Shown here piece after piece: positions 26,951-37,838 of a stretch of DNA of 64,000 nucleotides. The notes beneath the pieces are model-generated. The model searched no databases. It was not told where the DNA came from and saw nothing but the letters and a program-made list of their open reading frames with translations. The stretch is taken from sequence record PQ433349.1; one strand, 5' to 3'. Each line of letters starts with the position of its first letter. The stretch's first letter is position 1. Position numbers and translations under genes: made by a program. The stretch comes from Escherichia phage vB_Ec-G1.

Positions 26951-29826
26951 TGTCAAGAGTTAAGCACAATATTGACAACACGTTTCAGTTGATTGAAGGG
27001 TTGGTTCAGTTTTTGGAAAGAAATACTGGGCTTACCATAGATCCTACGGTTCAGCATTACATTATCAACCCACAAAACGTATTGGCGAACAACAGACACT
27101 TTATTAACTGGACAGCGCAGGAAGGGCAACCAAACGGTGACGCTACTACCGAAGGTCAATCTGTGCTTATCACTGGTTTTGCTTATGCATATTTGGCTAC
27201 AGGGGATAAAAAATATCTTGAATCTGCCGAGAAGTATTGGCAAGCCTATATAGATCACTTCTTCGGGGGCCAACCTATTCCTGATCCTCCGGCTAAATAT
27301 CGTCCCAACTGGATCATCAATGGTAAAGAACCACGTTTAGCACACTACCCTCTCACAGATGATGGATATCCTACGCACGGCGGGTTCAAAGGTAGCATGA
27401 TGACTTGGATTAACGGAAGGACTGTTATTCCTAAAGGTGCGCCACACTGGGGAGAATACTTAGATAAAGCTTGGTTTGCTTTCAATGGTAATCTTGGTTG
27501 GAACTCTGTTAACGCAACAGTGTATGCAATTAACCCAGATGGTTCAACCAACTGGAAAGAATATGGAGATCAGTGGGACGTTGAATGGATTATAGATCGT
27601 CTAGGACGTAAAGTTGACTGGGATGGTAACATTTTATCTACTGGTCATAGCTTTGCAGAATATGGAACAGTGCAACTTAAAAACGCTTCTGTGAACGGTG
27701 ACTATAAATTCAACTACGCTACATGCAACCCTGTAGAACACGGTGGGTATCTACTTAAGCGTAATGAGATGTGGCATAACCGTCCTGTAAACGTTCCGGT
27801 AGAGTTAGGTTATCAAGATAATGCTTCCGATGCTGAAACGTGGTGGTGTGATGCAAACTACTTGATGTATCAGATCACAGGAGAGAGAAAATACTGGCTT
27901 TGCTGGCAATCTTCTTTATTGTTGTGTCAAGACTACTCAAACATCGATATGTTTGATAAATTCTTCCGTAGATCTACGTCAGCAATAATTCCTTTTACAG
28001 ATGGTATCTCTTATGATTACTCATACCCATCTACAGCAATACCTAAATATTCTCGTGACGAATTAGGATACACAGTAATTCGCCAAGATGTTTCAGCACA
28101 AACAACTCTAGAACAACAGGCAGTTTGGTTCAGAGTGGATCAGAATTCAAAACTGCGTATTGAGTTTCAAGGTGTAGATGATGCAGGGGAAGGCGTTCTT
28201 TTCCGTCCAGAGTTAGAATTAAGCAAGACTAAGAGTGAAACAGACACAGTGACATATCGTTGTGGCTTACCTCTTGGTGCAGCTAATATGACTAAGATGG
28301 ATATACCTCTATCTAGTTTTATGCGCACCGAACCTCCTGGAGGTGGTGTATATATTATTGCTGAACCTAGAATCATTGTTGACTGGGGAAGCAATACTGT
28401 GATACAATATAAATATGCAACTGGTATTGCTGGGACAAATAGTGATCAGATAGTTTCTGCTAATATGGATTCAGATGGTGGTTTTACTATTGGGTTTTGG
28501 TTAACACCAACTAAAACAACCAATTTAAAATCTATTACGTATCGTTCATACGCAGATGATTTTAACATCACTATTACGGATTCCGCAGGTTGGAGATGGT
28601 GGGCCATGTTAGAAAAAACAAATTCTACATGGGTTACTAAAGCTTTAAGTCCTGCTGATTTCAAATTAAGCACTTGGCAACCCAATCATAACGACACAGA
28701 GACAAAACCTTCGTCAATAAACCTGACTGCTGTTGATCAGATCAACATTGCATTGGATTCTGAACCTGCAAATGGCTTGACAGGGGCAATCGACTTTTAT
28801 TGCGTTAACGATATCCCATCTTTGTATTCTTCAGCCGCTGGTGATGATTACACAATGTATTTCAGGGTTACAGTTTCATCTGAAAATCCTTATACAGCAA
28901 AACTTGGAGATTGTACAATACTGGACTACAAACTTGACAGTTTGAATTATACTCCAGGAATCATTCCATTTTCCAATATTAGTGATCCTAACACAGCATT
29001 ATATGACGGTTGGCGTGGTATTCCTTACCCAGGTTATCAATACCCATCCTTATATTGTTTTAAAGGGAGAGATATTGACTGGGTTCGTATGAACAACAGT
29101 ATAGACTTTTTATATGATTCACAAATGTGGTTTTATAATAAGTTTGCTCCTGTAATGCCTGGGCCAATGGCACAAGCTTATGTTTGGGATCGTTGGGATG
29201 CTCATAAATATGGAAACAAAAATGAGTTCACAATGTATCATTGGAACGATAAAGCTTGGGATGGTTATGAAGCACGAGCATTCTTCTGTGCGTGTCATAC
29301 GGTATACGAACTGAAACAACGAGGAGCCGAAGTTCCTGAAAAACTTTTAACAGTTTGTAAAAACTGGATCAACTATCTGAAATGGTTCCAAGATAACAAC
29401 GAAGGAAGAACACCAACAATATTTTATCCCAATGGAGAAGTGGCTGCGCCTGTAGATGACTTTACAAGTCACATGTCTGCGCTCTTTATGGCGGGATGTG
29501 CTATAATGGGGATGGCTGGATATGATTCAGAAATTCCTAACATTAGAATAGTAGCAGACCGCTGTTTTGAACTTATTCAGGAAAACTATATTGTTCTTGG
29601 TCCTAATCACGTCATGAATGGTTGTTGGAGTGCCGCTCCTAGACCAGACAGTGATAACGGAGTCTTCTTTGGCTTCCACGCTGGAGAGTTGTTACGTGGT
29701 TTTGGGTTGTATGCTTTATACAAAAAACTTAATCCCCAAAATGCATTACCTGTTTTGGATTCGAGCAATATTCCTGCACTTACTGTTTTGACAATGGCAA
29801 ACATTAGTGTGGACGTTACCGAGTAA
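26950..29826 (+). CDS. large virion protein, possible glycoside-hydrolase-like barrel domains
   Basis: 958 aa; Trp/Tyr-rich segments (GFAYAYLATGDKKYLESAEKYWQAY) loosely resembling (alpha/alpha)-barrel glycosidases; no firm motif. Confidence 0.5.
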   Translation: MSRVKHNIDNTFQLIEGLVQFLERNTGLTIDPTVQHYIINPQNVLANNRHFINWTAQEGQPNGDATTEGQSVLITGFAYAYLATGDKKYLESAEKYWQAYIDHFFGGQPIPDPPAKYRPNWIINGKEPRLAHYPLTDDGYPTHGGFKGSMMTWINGRTVIPKGAPHWGEYLDKAWFAFNGNLGWNSVNATVYAINPDGSTNWKEYGDQWDVEWIIDRLGRKVDWDGNILSTGHSFAEYGTVQLKNASVNGDYKFNYATCNPVEHGGYLLKRNEMWHNRPVNVPVELGYQDNASDAETWWCDANYLMYQITGERKYWLCWQSSLLLCQDYSNIDMFDKFFRRSTSAIIPFTDGISYDYSYPSTAIPKYSRDELGYTVIRQDVSAQTTLEQQAVWFRVDQNSKLRIEFQGVDDAGEGVLFRPELELSKTKSETDTVTYRCGLPLGAANMTKMDIPLSSFMRTEPPGGGVYIIAEPRIIVDWGSNTVIQYKYATGIAGTNSDQIVSANMDSDGGFTIGFWLTPTKTTNLKSITYRSYADDFNITITDSAGWRWWAMLEKTNSTWVTKALSPADFKLSTWQPNHNDTETKPSSINLTAVDQINIALDSEPANGLTGAIDFYCVNDIPSLYSSAAGDDYTMYFRVTVSSENPYTAKLGDCTILDYKLDSLNYTPGIIPFSNISDPNTALYDGWRGIPYPGYQYPSLYCFKGRDIDWVRMNNSIDFLYDSQMWFYNKFAPVMPGPMAQAYVWDRWDAHKYGNKNEFTMYHWNDKAWDGYEARAFFCACHTVYELKQRGAEVPEKLLTVCKNWINYLKWFQDNNEGRTPTIFYPNGEVAAPVDDFTSHMSALFMAGCAIMGMAGYDSEIPNIRIVADRCFELIQENYIVLGPNHVMNGCWSAAPRPDSDNGVFFGFHAGELLRGFGLYALYKKLNPQNALPVLDSSNIPALTVLTMANISVDVTE

Positions 29827-29834
29827 GGGGTAAA

Positions 29835-31988
29835 ATGAAACAAGCTATATTTACTGTCACGCGAGACAAGAGAGTAAATGCGAGTTCATTTAACTACACG
29901 ACTGTTGACGGAACAGCAGTCGCTGGTAGAGATTATATAGCAAAATCGGGAACACTTGTGTTCCCTGATGATGCTGATTCTGCTACCATTGTGGTTGAAG
30001 TATTTGAACGACCAAAGAACTCAATAGATCTTAACTTCTCCCTCCAAGTTTCAGGGATTAGTCAAAATAACATGATGGTTGAAACGACCATCAATTGTAT
30101 TATAACTACTATCCAAGAAAATACTACTCCAATAACTTGGACTACAAAAGACGTTAAAATGTTCTCTCCTATGTATTGGACAATAGATTCTCAAGCAACG
30201 GAAAGTTGTTCTATTGTATCTCATGGAGACTCTTTTACTGCAAGATTTGTAAACAGAACAACAGCAGGTTTGGCAGGGGTTATCTGGAGCACAGTTGACA
30301 AATATGACCATAAAGGTGTTGGGTATTTACCCCACACAGATTTAAGTTCAGAGAAACTTTGGTTTAAAATGGAAATTAGTCAAAACATGCCAGGTTTTAA
30401 AGAAGAACCTTTGGTGCCAACTTTGACTGTAACTCTCTTGGATAAAAGTGTCCACTATGTTAGTTTAGGATTTTATGCTTCAGATATTTCAGAAGATGGT
30501 AAAACAGCTACAATCAAATTAGATTTTGGTAATATCTTCTCTGGTCCTAATAATGATATTCCTTTGGACATGAGTGCTGTAGATAATATTTTCTTCTCTT
30601 TGATTACAGCAAGGTATGAAGAAATAGAAGAGGTTGTACCTATTGACAGTCAAGAGGCTTGGTTTACTTTCACTCTTCTTGAACCTACCTCTGGTTACAG
30701 TATGATGAAAGTCAGCAACCTTGTCCAGCCTGAACATGATATTCGCATGTGCACATCTTATGATGATATGTATAACCTGACTCCAGAGAGAGTTATTTAT
30801 AATACGTATGCACTAGGTTATCGTGGAATGATTAACCATTACAACGGAATGTCTCACTATTATGAGTTCTCATGGAACGGAACATCTTGGGCTTTAAATA
30901 GATCTGTTTTCCTGAATCCGGCTACAGAAGCTTGGCTTAACAGTTTCCATTCTATAGCTAATGAAAATGGCTACACAATAATGAACTCTTTGAGTTTTGA
31001 GTTGATGAGCACAGTTTGTCCTGTAGAATGGGTTCAACATGATTGGAACGATGCTCTTGCAGCAACAGGTTATGAGCCGCCTAGTTATGTGTTATCTCCA
31101 ACAATTGATGAAGGTATGGAATATTTGCAAAATGTTATTAACAAAATAGCATCTATTTCTCAAGCTAACAATATTCCAGTCGTCATTCAAATTGGTGAAC
31201 CTTGGTGGTGGTATAATACAGCAAGTAAAATGCCTTGTATATATGATTACACTACCAAACTGGCATTCAATACAGAAACAGGCTTATTTGCACAAGATGC
31301 AGGAACAATAGATAATTATAAAACAGGAACGCCATTTGACGAATACTATGCATTTTTGTCTCGTAAACTAGGGTTAAGAGTTACAAAGTTTGCAACAGAT
31401 ACTAGAGCAACTTATCCAGGAGCTAAAGTAACATTGCTTCCATTCTTACCATCAATTATTGGCAACGGGTTGATGGAGAAAGTTAACTTTCCGTCTGATT
31501 ACTACATTCCTGAAGCTTTTGATTTTTACTGTTCGGAGTGTTACGACTGGCTTCTGGAAGGTAAAATGATGAAAGCATTTGATGCAATTACCATACCACA
31601 TGAAAAATTAGGTTTTGAATATTCTGATATTCACTACCTTTCAGGTTTTGTTCCAGATGCTACTCTTGCACCTTTGTATGGCTTTGATCCTAAATCAAAC
31701 TACCGCACATATCTTTGGAAGATGATTATAGGTAACATAGTGTTGAACGCCAATAAGTTTGACGGACTTACACAATATATATGGGCCTATCCTCAAATAA
31801 TGCATGATTCTATCACGGTAGTTAATTCTCAATCCCAAGTTTTCTATATGGGTAACGTGCCTTTGAACGTTTATTTACAGGATATCACTCTTAAACAGGT
31901 AAATGTTGAGATTGCCACCATAAGTGGAATTACATTAGCCACTAAATCTGGAGAAGATTTAGTAACAACACAAAAATTTTATATATAG
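29835..31988 (+). CDS. structural protein with N-terminal Calx-beta-like domain
   Basis: 717 aa; N-terminus NYTTVDGTAVAGRDYIAKSGTLVFPDDADSATIVVEVFE matches Calx-beta pattern as recalled. Confidence 0.5.
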   Translation: MKQAIFTVTRDKRVNASSFNYTTVDGTAVAGRDYIAKSGTLVFPDDADSATIVVEVFERPKNSIDLNFSLQVSGISQNNMMVETTINCIITTIQENTTPITWTTKDVKMFSPMYWTIDSQATESCSIVSHGDSFTARFVNRTTAGLAGVIWSTVDKYDHKGVGYLPHTDLSSEKLWFKMEISQNMPGFKEEPLVPTLTVTLLDKSVHYVSLGFYASDISEDGKTATIKLDFGNIFSGPNNDIPLDMSAVDNIFFSLITARYEEIEEVVPIDSQEAWFTFTLLEPTSGYSMMKVSNLVQPEHDIRMCTSYDDMYNLTPERVIYNTYALGYRGMINHYNGMSHYYEFSWNGTSWALNRSVFLNPATEAWLNSFHSIANENGYTIMNSLSFELMSTVCPVEWVQHDWNDALAATGYEPPSYVLSPTIDEGMEYLQNVINKIASISQANNIPVVIQIGEPWWWYNTASKMPCIYDYTTKLAFNTETGLFAQDAGTIDNYKTGTPFDEYYAFLSRKLGLRVTKFATDTRATYPGAKVTLLPFLPSIIGNGLMEKVNFPSDYYIPEAFDFYCSECYDWLLEGKMMKAFDAITIPHEKLGFEYSDIHYLSGFVPDATLAPLYGFDPKSNYRTYLWKMIIGNIVLNANKFDGLTQYIWAYPQIMHDSITVVNSQSQVFYMGNVPLNVYLQDITLKQVNVEIATISGITLATKSGEDLVTTQKFYI

Positions 31989-31996
31989 GAGTAAAA

Positions 31997-33619
31997 ATGT
32001 CAACTACAATTACTAATTTACCCGAAACATCAAAAGTTAATGGTTCAGATTACCTGGTTTTAGACCAACCTGATAAGACTGTTAAAAGCACAGTTTCCAA
32101 CTTTCTTGCTGACACTGGGGTGGTTTTAGCCACCCAGTTGAAAGATACAGATGGAGCAGATTTAATAGGCTCACCACATGCCGGAACTCTGGCACAAATG
32201 TTGCCGTGGGTTACTCCAGAGCAATTTGGCGCTGTTGGTGACGGTGTAACAGATGATATTGCGGCTCTTGACGCCTGTATGTCATACGCGAGAGAACGCG
32301 GAGTAGATATCGTATTTTCCAAAACTTATGCCATTTCCAGACCCTACGTAATATATATGGGGCTACGGAGGAACCCACGCCATATAGGTATGGGTAATAT
32401 GGCAAAAATAATCATTACAACTACGGCCACATCTGGGCTTCCGGTTGATTCTTATGAGATTCCTATGGACGTTAACGCGGCTGTTATTGTAGCCGCGATC
32501 ACAGGTACAGGGTATAACCAGCAACCACAGAACTTCCGCTGGGAAAACATCGACATTGATACTACTGTAAATGCAGATTACGGCATGTATACGACAAAAA
32601 TGCAATCAGCATCCATACGGAACTTCAGGACTCATAATTTCAAAACAGGTATCCAAGATAACGGGTCATGGAATACTTTGTATGAAAATATAAAAATGAC
32701 AAAACACAGTATTGTTGGCTTCCGTAAGACTAGGGGTACTAGCACTACTATACGTAACTGTTATGTAGAGCAATCCACCGTAGGGTATCACGTTCGCAGT
32801 GGCTATTCTCAGCTTGAGGGTTGTGCTTGTGATACAAGTACAGATGTATCTTATTGGATTGAAGGCAACCCTGTAGCGTCTAGTAGTGACGATACTTTCT
32901 CTATTGTATCTTGTGGCTCAGAGAACTCAGGCAAAGCTGTTATACGATTAACTGGTACAGTTACACTTAGTGTAAGAAACTTCCAAGCATTTAACTGGGC
33001 GCAGCAGCAAGACCCTATACCTGAATACTTCATGGATTTACAGTCAAATAGCGCTAGTATATCTCTTGAAGATATACGGTATTTAGGTATTAGCGCCGGA
33101 CGAATAAAAGATACTGGGGTTAGTAACAATATAACCATTCGCAACATGACTACACGTGGAAGCGATGTGCGCAGCGGCGATGTACTGCCGAATAGCACCA
33201 AGATTATTGAAATGTCGCGTTCAGGTGTTCGTGTGTCTTCCGGTTATTCCCCTGATGGGATACTTATAGATTTTGACAATCTCTTCTTCACCACAGGGTC
33301 TAGCACTCAGCCAGTAAACTACAGTCCATTATTCAATAAGCAGCGTATATACCGCACGAAGGTGACGGTAACAAGAACATCGGGAACATATGGGAGAGCA
33401 CAAGTAACTTTGCCATTCAATTTTTCTGATACAAGTTATGTAGTGCAACTTACACCCAATGTGTACCATACCGACATAGCTACACATGCTCTCGTGGCTA
33501 CTGTTGGGCCTACAGACAAGACAGTAAACAGTTTTTATGTAAATTTAGGTAGCATCAACGGCAGCAGTACGTGGACTAGTTGTCAGGTTGATGTTACCGT
33601 TTTCGGACTGACTCCATAA
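31997..33619 (+). CDS. tailspike with right-handed beta-helix (pectate-lyase-like) domain, putative depolymerase
   Basis: 540 aa; FGAVGDGVTDDIAALDAC motif near N-terminus of the helix domain; N-terminal virion-attachment-like segment. Confidence 0.7.
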   Translation: MSTTITNLPETSKVNGSDYLVLDQPDKTVKSTVSNFLADTGVVLATQLKDTDGADLIGSPHAGTLAQMLPWVTPEQFGAVGDGVTDDIAALDACMSYARERGVDIVFSKTYAISRPYVIYMGLRRNPRHIGMGNMAKIIITTTATSGLPVDSYEIPMDVNAAVIVAAITGTGYNQQPQNFRWENIDIDTTVNADYGMYTTKMQSASIRNFRTHNFKTGIQDNGSWNTLYENIKMTKHSIVGFRKTRGTSTTIRNCYVEQSTVGYHVRSGYSQLEGCACDTSTDVSYWIEGNPVASSSDDTFSIVSCGSENSGKAVIRLTGTVTLSVRNFQAFNWAQQQDPIPEYFMDLQSNSASISLEDIRYLGISAGRIKDTGVSNNITIRNMTTRGSDVRSGDVLPNSTKIIEMSRSGVRVSSGYSPDGILIDFDNLFFTTGSSTQPVNYSPLFNKQRIYRTKVTVTRTSGTYGRAQVTLPFNFSDTSYVVQLTPNVYHTDIATHALVATVGPTDKTVNSFYVNLGSINGSSTWTSCQVDVTVFGLTP

Positions 33620-33624
33620 AACTA

Positions 33625-33643
33625 AGCCCCCGAATTGGGGGGC
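33625..33643 (+). terminator. GC hairpin after tailspike gene
   Basis: GCCCCC-GAATT-GGGGGGC, no clear T-tract. Confidence 0.4.
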
Positions 33644-33660
33644 ACAATTACGGTAATATT

Positions 33661-34104
33661 ATGAATGAATCAGGTGAACTGCTCCTAGTCAGACTGGAGA
33701 AACGATTGAAGACTCTGTTTGATAATCAGGCAATGGATAGACAGGACCGTGAGAAACTGGAGGAAACTTTGGTAGAACTACGGGATTCAATAAACGATAT
33801 AGTAAATAGACTTAACAGCGTGGAGGATATCTTAGCTAAATCTGAACCTACCATCGAAGAGTTCATCACCATTAAACATAAAGTTGCTGGTGCTGGAATT
33901 TTTGGCAAGTGGGCTTCATTAAGGTTCACACAAGATATGTCCTGCAAGCGCATGTCATCGCCATGTGATAAAATGATGAAAACATATCGTAGCAGGGTTA
34001 ATCTTGTCTTTAATTACTATCGTACTAACTCAAAGTGTTGTCACTACCACTGCAAGCCCCTCTTTGGAGGGGGCTTACTTAGAAAAACAAAGAGGTTGTT
34101 ATGA
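33661..34104 (+). CDS. hypothetical protein
   Basis: 147 aa, weak RBS. Confidence 0.4.
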   Translation: MNESGELLLVRLEKRLKTLFDNQAMDRQDREKLEETLVELRDSINDIVNRLNSVEDILAKSEPTIEEFITIKHKVAGAGIFGKWASLRFTQDMSCKRMSSPCDKMMKTYRSRVNLVFNYYRTNSKCCHYHCKPLFGGGLLRKTKRLL

Positions 34105-34409
34105 ATGAAATGTTCTCCCAAGGTGGTAAAGGTTCAACCGGAATCTTAACCAATAAACAAGCAGTAGCCCGTCACTTTGGAGTTAAACAATCTGAGGTTG
34201 TTTACTTCTCAGTTGGTGTGGATTTGGGTGGGTATAAGGTTGTCTATGATAAGGAGACGCAAAGGGCGTATTCCCTACCTGCTGATATTGCCTCAGGTAT
34301 TACTGCCATTAGTCTTAGTGCTGCTGTACTTGTGCATTCAGCGGGTTCTGTAGACCTTGGGGAATTAGCTGTATATCGTGATTTAAAAAGTAATGAGAAC
34401 GCACCATGA
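34101..34409 (+). CDS. hypothetical protein
   Basis: 102 aa, RBS AAAGAGG. Confidence 0.45.
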   Translation: MNEMFSQGGKGSTGILTNKQAVARHFGVKQSEVVYFSVGVDLGGYKVVYDKETQRAYSLPADIASGITAISLSAAVLVHSAGSVDLGELAVYRDLKSNENAP

Positions 34410-34648
34410 GAAAATTTTTAATAGGTATGTTTTGTACATATCCTGATAATAAAGTCAGTTCTACTAAAGTCTGGAACGCTGTAGGCATGTCGGTTATGAC
34501 AGGCATGTTTATCTTTTTAGGAATAGAAAAAGAAATTCCTGAATGGATGGGTTGGGCTTTTGTTTTCATGATAACCCCTTCTCGCCTCATGAAAAATCTT
34601 ATTGATTTACGTTGGGGCAGATCACAATCTACCAAAGAGGATGACTAA
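34406..34648 (+). CDS. small membrane protein with two predicted TM segments (holin-like topology)
   Basis: 80 aa; hydrophobic stretches VWNAVGMSVMTGMFIFLGI and WMGWAFVFMITPS, charged C-terminus. Confidence 0.4.
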   Translation: MRKFLIGMFCTYPDNKVSSTKVWNAVGMSVMTGMFIFLGIEKEIPEWMGWAFVFMITPSRLMKNLIDLRWGRSQSTKEDD

Positions 34649-36135
34649 TGGACGAATATGGTTTGACAGATGCGGGATTTGTAATCCCGACTTTTGACGA
34701 TGTTCTAAACAATTATATGACAGCAGTAAAAAACACATTTGGTGCAGATGCAGCCACTTCGGAAGATACTGTGATCGGACAACTGTTTAGAATAATTGCA
34801 TACACAGATTACACATTGTGGGAAGGTATGCAAGGTGTTTATAATACTCAAACACTGGATGGTGCAGAAGGTATTTATCTTGATGAAATCTTTTCTAAAC
34901 GCGGTTTCTATCGAGCAGGGGCAGCAGCAAGTACAGGTTATGCATATGTTAAGAGTAATAACAAAGCAGCTTGGACTTATGAGCTAGGCACGGATATTTA
35001 CTTCAACTCTGATAGTGATATGAACTACTATGTTAGCACACCAACTATGTTGAATGCTAAGATTGCAGCTTATCAAATCTCTCGTGCTAATGCAACTGCT
35101 ACAGGTGTTCCAAATATTACTTTTTATGCACAAAGTGCGGTAGATGGAGGACTAAACAGTAAAACACTTGCACCTGGTTCTTCTACATTTATAACCGATC
35201 TTGAAACTTTTATCAAGGCAAATTTAACAGAAGCTGATCGTAGTCTTGTATTTTCTGATTCAGGTAACTTATCAATTGGTTTTACTTCTTTAACTAGTGA
35301 TACTCCAGTGGGACTGGTAACTCCTATTAAATTTTATGCTAGTGTTCCGGTTGGAACCAAGTGGAGTGAGATTCCGGTAGTTGCAGCAGAGAAAGGATAC
35401 AATCCTGTTGGTGTGGAGTCTATTACAGGGATATCTTCTACCTTTACAGGTTATCTTGACAGTGGTAACTTCTATTCATTTTCTCCTGGTCGAGATGTTG
35501 AGACAGACGCAGAATTCCGCTCTCGTTTCAATGACAATGTTGATGAAGCTAACGCAGGGACACGAGCAGCCATTGTGAAAGCTCTGCTACTTACAGATGG
35601 TGTTACTAAGGTGAAGATTTACGATAACCCTACGTTACATGATCAAGAACATGCTCCGGCTATGACTTTCCAGACTATAGTTTATGGAGGAAGTGCTGAA
35701 GAAGTTGCTGAAGTTATTTACAAAACTAAACCAATCAACAGTTTGACACATGGAACAACCAACATAACTGTTACAACGGAAGACGGAGGACAAGAAATTA
35801 TTCGCTTCTCCCCTGGTGCTTCTGCTATGTATTCCGTAAAACTTGTTTATCAAACTGTCAACGGAACAACTTTAAGTGGAACAGAAAAACAAAACATCGT
35901 AGAAGCTTTACAAAACCTGCAAGCTTACTTTGAGTTAGGTTCTTCAGTAACGAACGATCAAATCAAAGGTGTTATTTATGCAGCACTTGCTTTTGGACGC
36001 TTGACTTCTCTTCGTGTTTATGTTAAACTTAATACTGAGGATGACAGTAAATATACAGAGAATAATATAGTTCCTGCTTATAATGTTGTCCCTTCTTTTG
36101 ACCTTGATAACATTTCTTACGAGTATGGAGTGTAA
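34648..36135 (+). CDS. baseplate J-like protein (putative)
   Basis: 495 aa, position and size. Confidence 0.5.
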   Translation: MDEYGLTDAGFVIPTFDDVLNNYMTAVKNTFGADAATSEDTVIGQLFRIIAYTDYTLWEGMQGVYNTQTLDGAEGIYLDEIFSKRGFYRAGAAASTGYAYVKSNNKAAWTYELGTDIYFNSDSDMNYYVSTPTMLNAKIAAYQISRANATATGVPNITFYAQSAVDGGLNSKTLAPGSSTFITDLETFIKANLTEADRSLVFSDSGNLSIGFTSLTSDTPVGLVTPIKFYASVPVGTKWSEIPVVAAEKGYNPVGVESITGISSTFTGYLDSGNFYSFSPGRDVETDAEFRSRFNDNVDEANAGTRAAIVKALLLTDGVTKVKIYDNPTLHDQEHAPAMTFQTIVYGGSAEEVAEVIYKTKPINSLTHGTTNITVTTEDGGQEIIRFSPGASAMYSVKLVYQTVNGTTLSGTEKQNIVEALQNLQAYFELGSSVTNDQIKGVIYAALAFGRLTSLRVYVKLNTEDDSKYTENNIVPAYNVVPSFDLDNISYEYGV

Positions 36136-36137
36136 AA

Positions 36138-36767
36138 ATGGCAGTGAGTGTTGACCATGTAACAACTTGGGCCAGTATCAATGAAGACGTTAAAAACCTT
36201 CTGATTGAAGATTTTAAATCTTCTCCTAACATTGTCAAGCTCCTCTACATCGTATCCAGTGAAAAGCAAAAGATAGATCAGGCAATGATCTATCTTGCTA
36301 AACACCGCTTGATCTCCACAGCCACAGGCAAATACCTAGATATCTTAGGAGAAGAAATGGGGATCGAACGTAATGGCTCTGATGATGAAGAGTATAGAAC
36401 AATATTAAAAATCAGGGCTTACCGCGTAGCCTCATCGGGGACTCGTGGTGACATAATTGATATCTTCGCCCGTTTCACAGGAACCGAGCGTGAAACGCTT
36501 AATACTTACGTAGGTTTGAATAAAACCTTTGATGTGTTTTTCTACAACCTGTGTCTTCAATCTGATCAAGCTTTAGAGCAGTTGCTAAGTGTTTTTCCTA
36601 TTATTAGCAGCTACCGTCTTGGAGCAAAAGCAGGATCAGCTTTTGGTTTTAGTTCTTATTATGCTACCAAACCGCCTCATGGTATTGGTGGTTTAGGTTC
36701 CCTGTACATGGAATCTACTGGGGATGAAACAGGACGCATGTGTACGCTTCTCAAGCAAATAGATTAA
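36138..36767 (+). CDS. baseplate/tail protein (gpI-like, putative)
   Basis: 209 aa following J-like gene. Confidence 0.45.
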   Translation: MAVSVDHVTTWASINEDVKNLLIEDFKSSPNIVKLLYIVSSEKQKIDQAMIYLAKHRLISTATGKYLDILGEEMGIERNGSDDEEYRTILKIRAYRVASSGTRGDIIDIFARFTGTERETLNTYVGLNKTFDVFFYNLCLQSDQALEQLLSVFPIISSYRLGAKAGSAFGFSSYYATKPPHGIGGLGSLYMESTGDETGRMCTLLKQID

Positions 36768-36776
36768 GGAGTTTAA

Positions 36777-37838
36777 ATGGCGAAGCCAATATATTATCCT
36801 GACTGGGCTACACAAACTGTAACGCTCCCAGGAACTTTAAACACAAACAAAATTAGACCTAAAGAAACCATCCGCACAGTTGGTATGGATTATGGTCAAA
36901 TCATGACTTGCGAAGAAATGAACTGGATTCTTAATAATATCGGTTTATGGATTCGTTATTTGGTGGATGACTTTATTCCAACTTTACCTAATACTTACTT
37001 GCCTTTAGTTGGAACTAAGATTACAATGGCAGGCGATGCTACTGGTGAGGCTACTTGGAACGGTGATAAAGAAGTTATTTTATCTATCCAAGTTCAAGAT
37101 AACAGTCATAATCACTTATCGGCAAACATTACAGATGCTACTAGTTCAATAGTAACACCAAATGTGTTGGTAAAACGTGATGCAGGTGGTGCTATTTATG
37201 GTGGTGATGTTTATGTTAATGGTACTTCCACAACAGATCCTGCAACCCTGTTTTTCAAGAACTTTGCAGGACAGACTAATGGTGAGATTTCTGCCGAATA
37301 CCAAAGTGGAGGTCAGCTTTATATTTATCGTAGAAATCCTAGCACAGGTAGTGTAGCCGCAGGTGTTCGTTTATATGATGCAGGTTATGTTCTAATAGAC
37401 AATCCAAGATCAAACAATGGACAAGACACTTCTAACGGAAATGCTTTAGTTCGTTTAGATTATCTGAACTCTCGTTTGACTTCCCTTCAGAACACATTGC
37501 AGACGAATATTAACACTGTTCAAAACAACTTGAATAATGTTAACAACAACCTCTCTTCTCGTATAAACAATGTAGAAAGTAATCATCAAAGTCAGATTAC
37601 AAATAACTACAACTATGCTAACGGAACCTTTGTAAGAGATATTCGTTATACTAGCCAAGGTGTGTATTATCCACCAGGGAACGAGGTTTCTTGGACTTAT
37701 ATCTGTTCTTCTGGTTATGTTCTTTCTGGTATTATCGTACAGGAAACAGGACGTAGCTCTGCGGATAACATCGGTGGGGTTTACTTCAAACGCCTCCAGC
37801 GCAACGTTAACGGAAACTGGTACGATATTGGAGGCTAA
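36777..37838 (+). CDS. tail fibre protein
   Basis: 353 aa, Asn/Thr/Ser-rich, followed by assembly-chaperone-like gene. Confidence 0.55.
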   Translation: MAKPIYYPDWATQTVTLPGTLNTNKIRPKETIRTVGMDYGQIMTCEEMNWILNNIGLWIRYLVDDFIPTLPNTYLPLVGTKITMAGDATGEATWNGDKEVILSIQVQDNSHNHLSANITDATSSIVTPNVLVKRDAGGAIYGGDVYVNGTSTTDPATLFFKNFAGQTNGEISAEYQSGGQLYIYRRNPSTGSVAAGVRLYDAGYVLIDNPRSNNGQDTSNGNALVRLDYLNSRLTSLQNTLQTNINTVQNNLNNVNNNLSSRINNVESNHQSQITNNYNYANGTFVRDIRYTSQGVYYPPGNEVSWTYICSSGYVLSGIIVQETGRSSADNIGGVYFKRLQRNVNGNWYDIGG

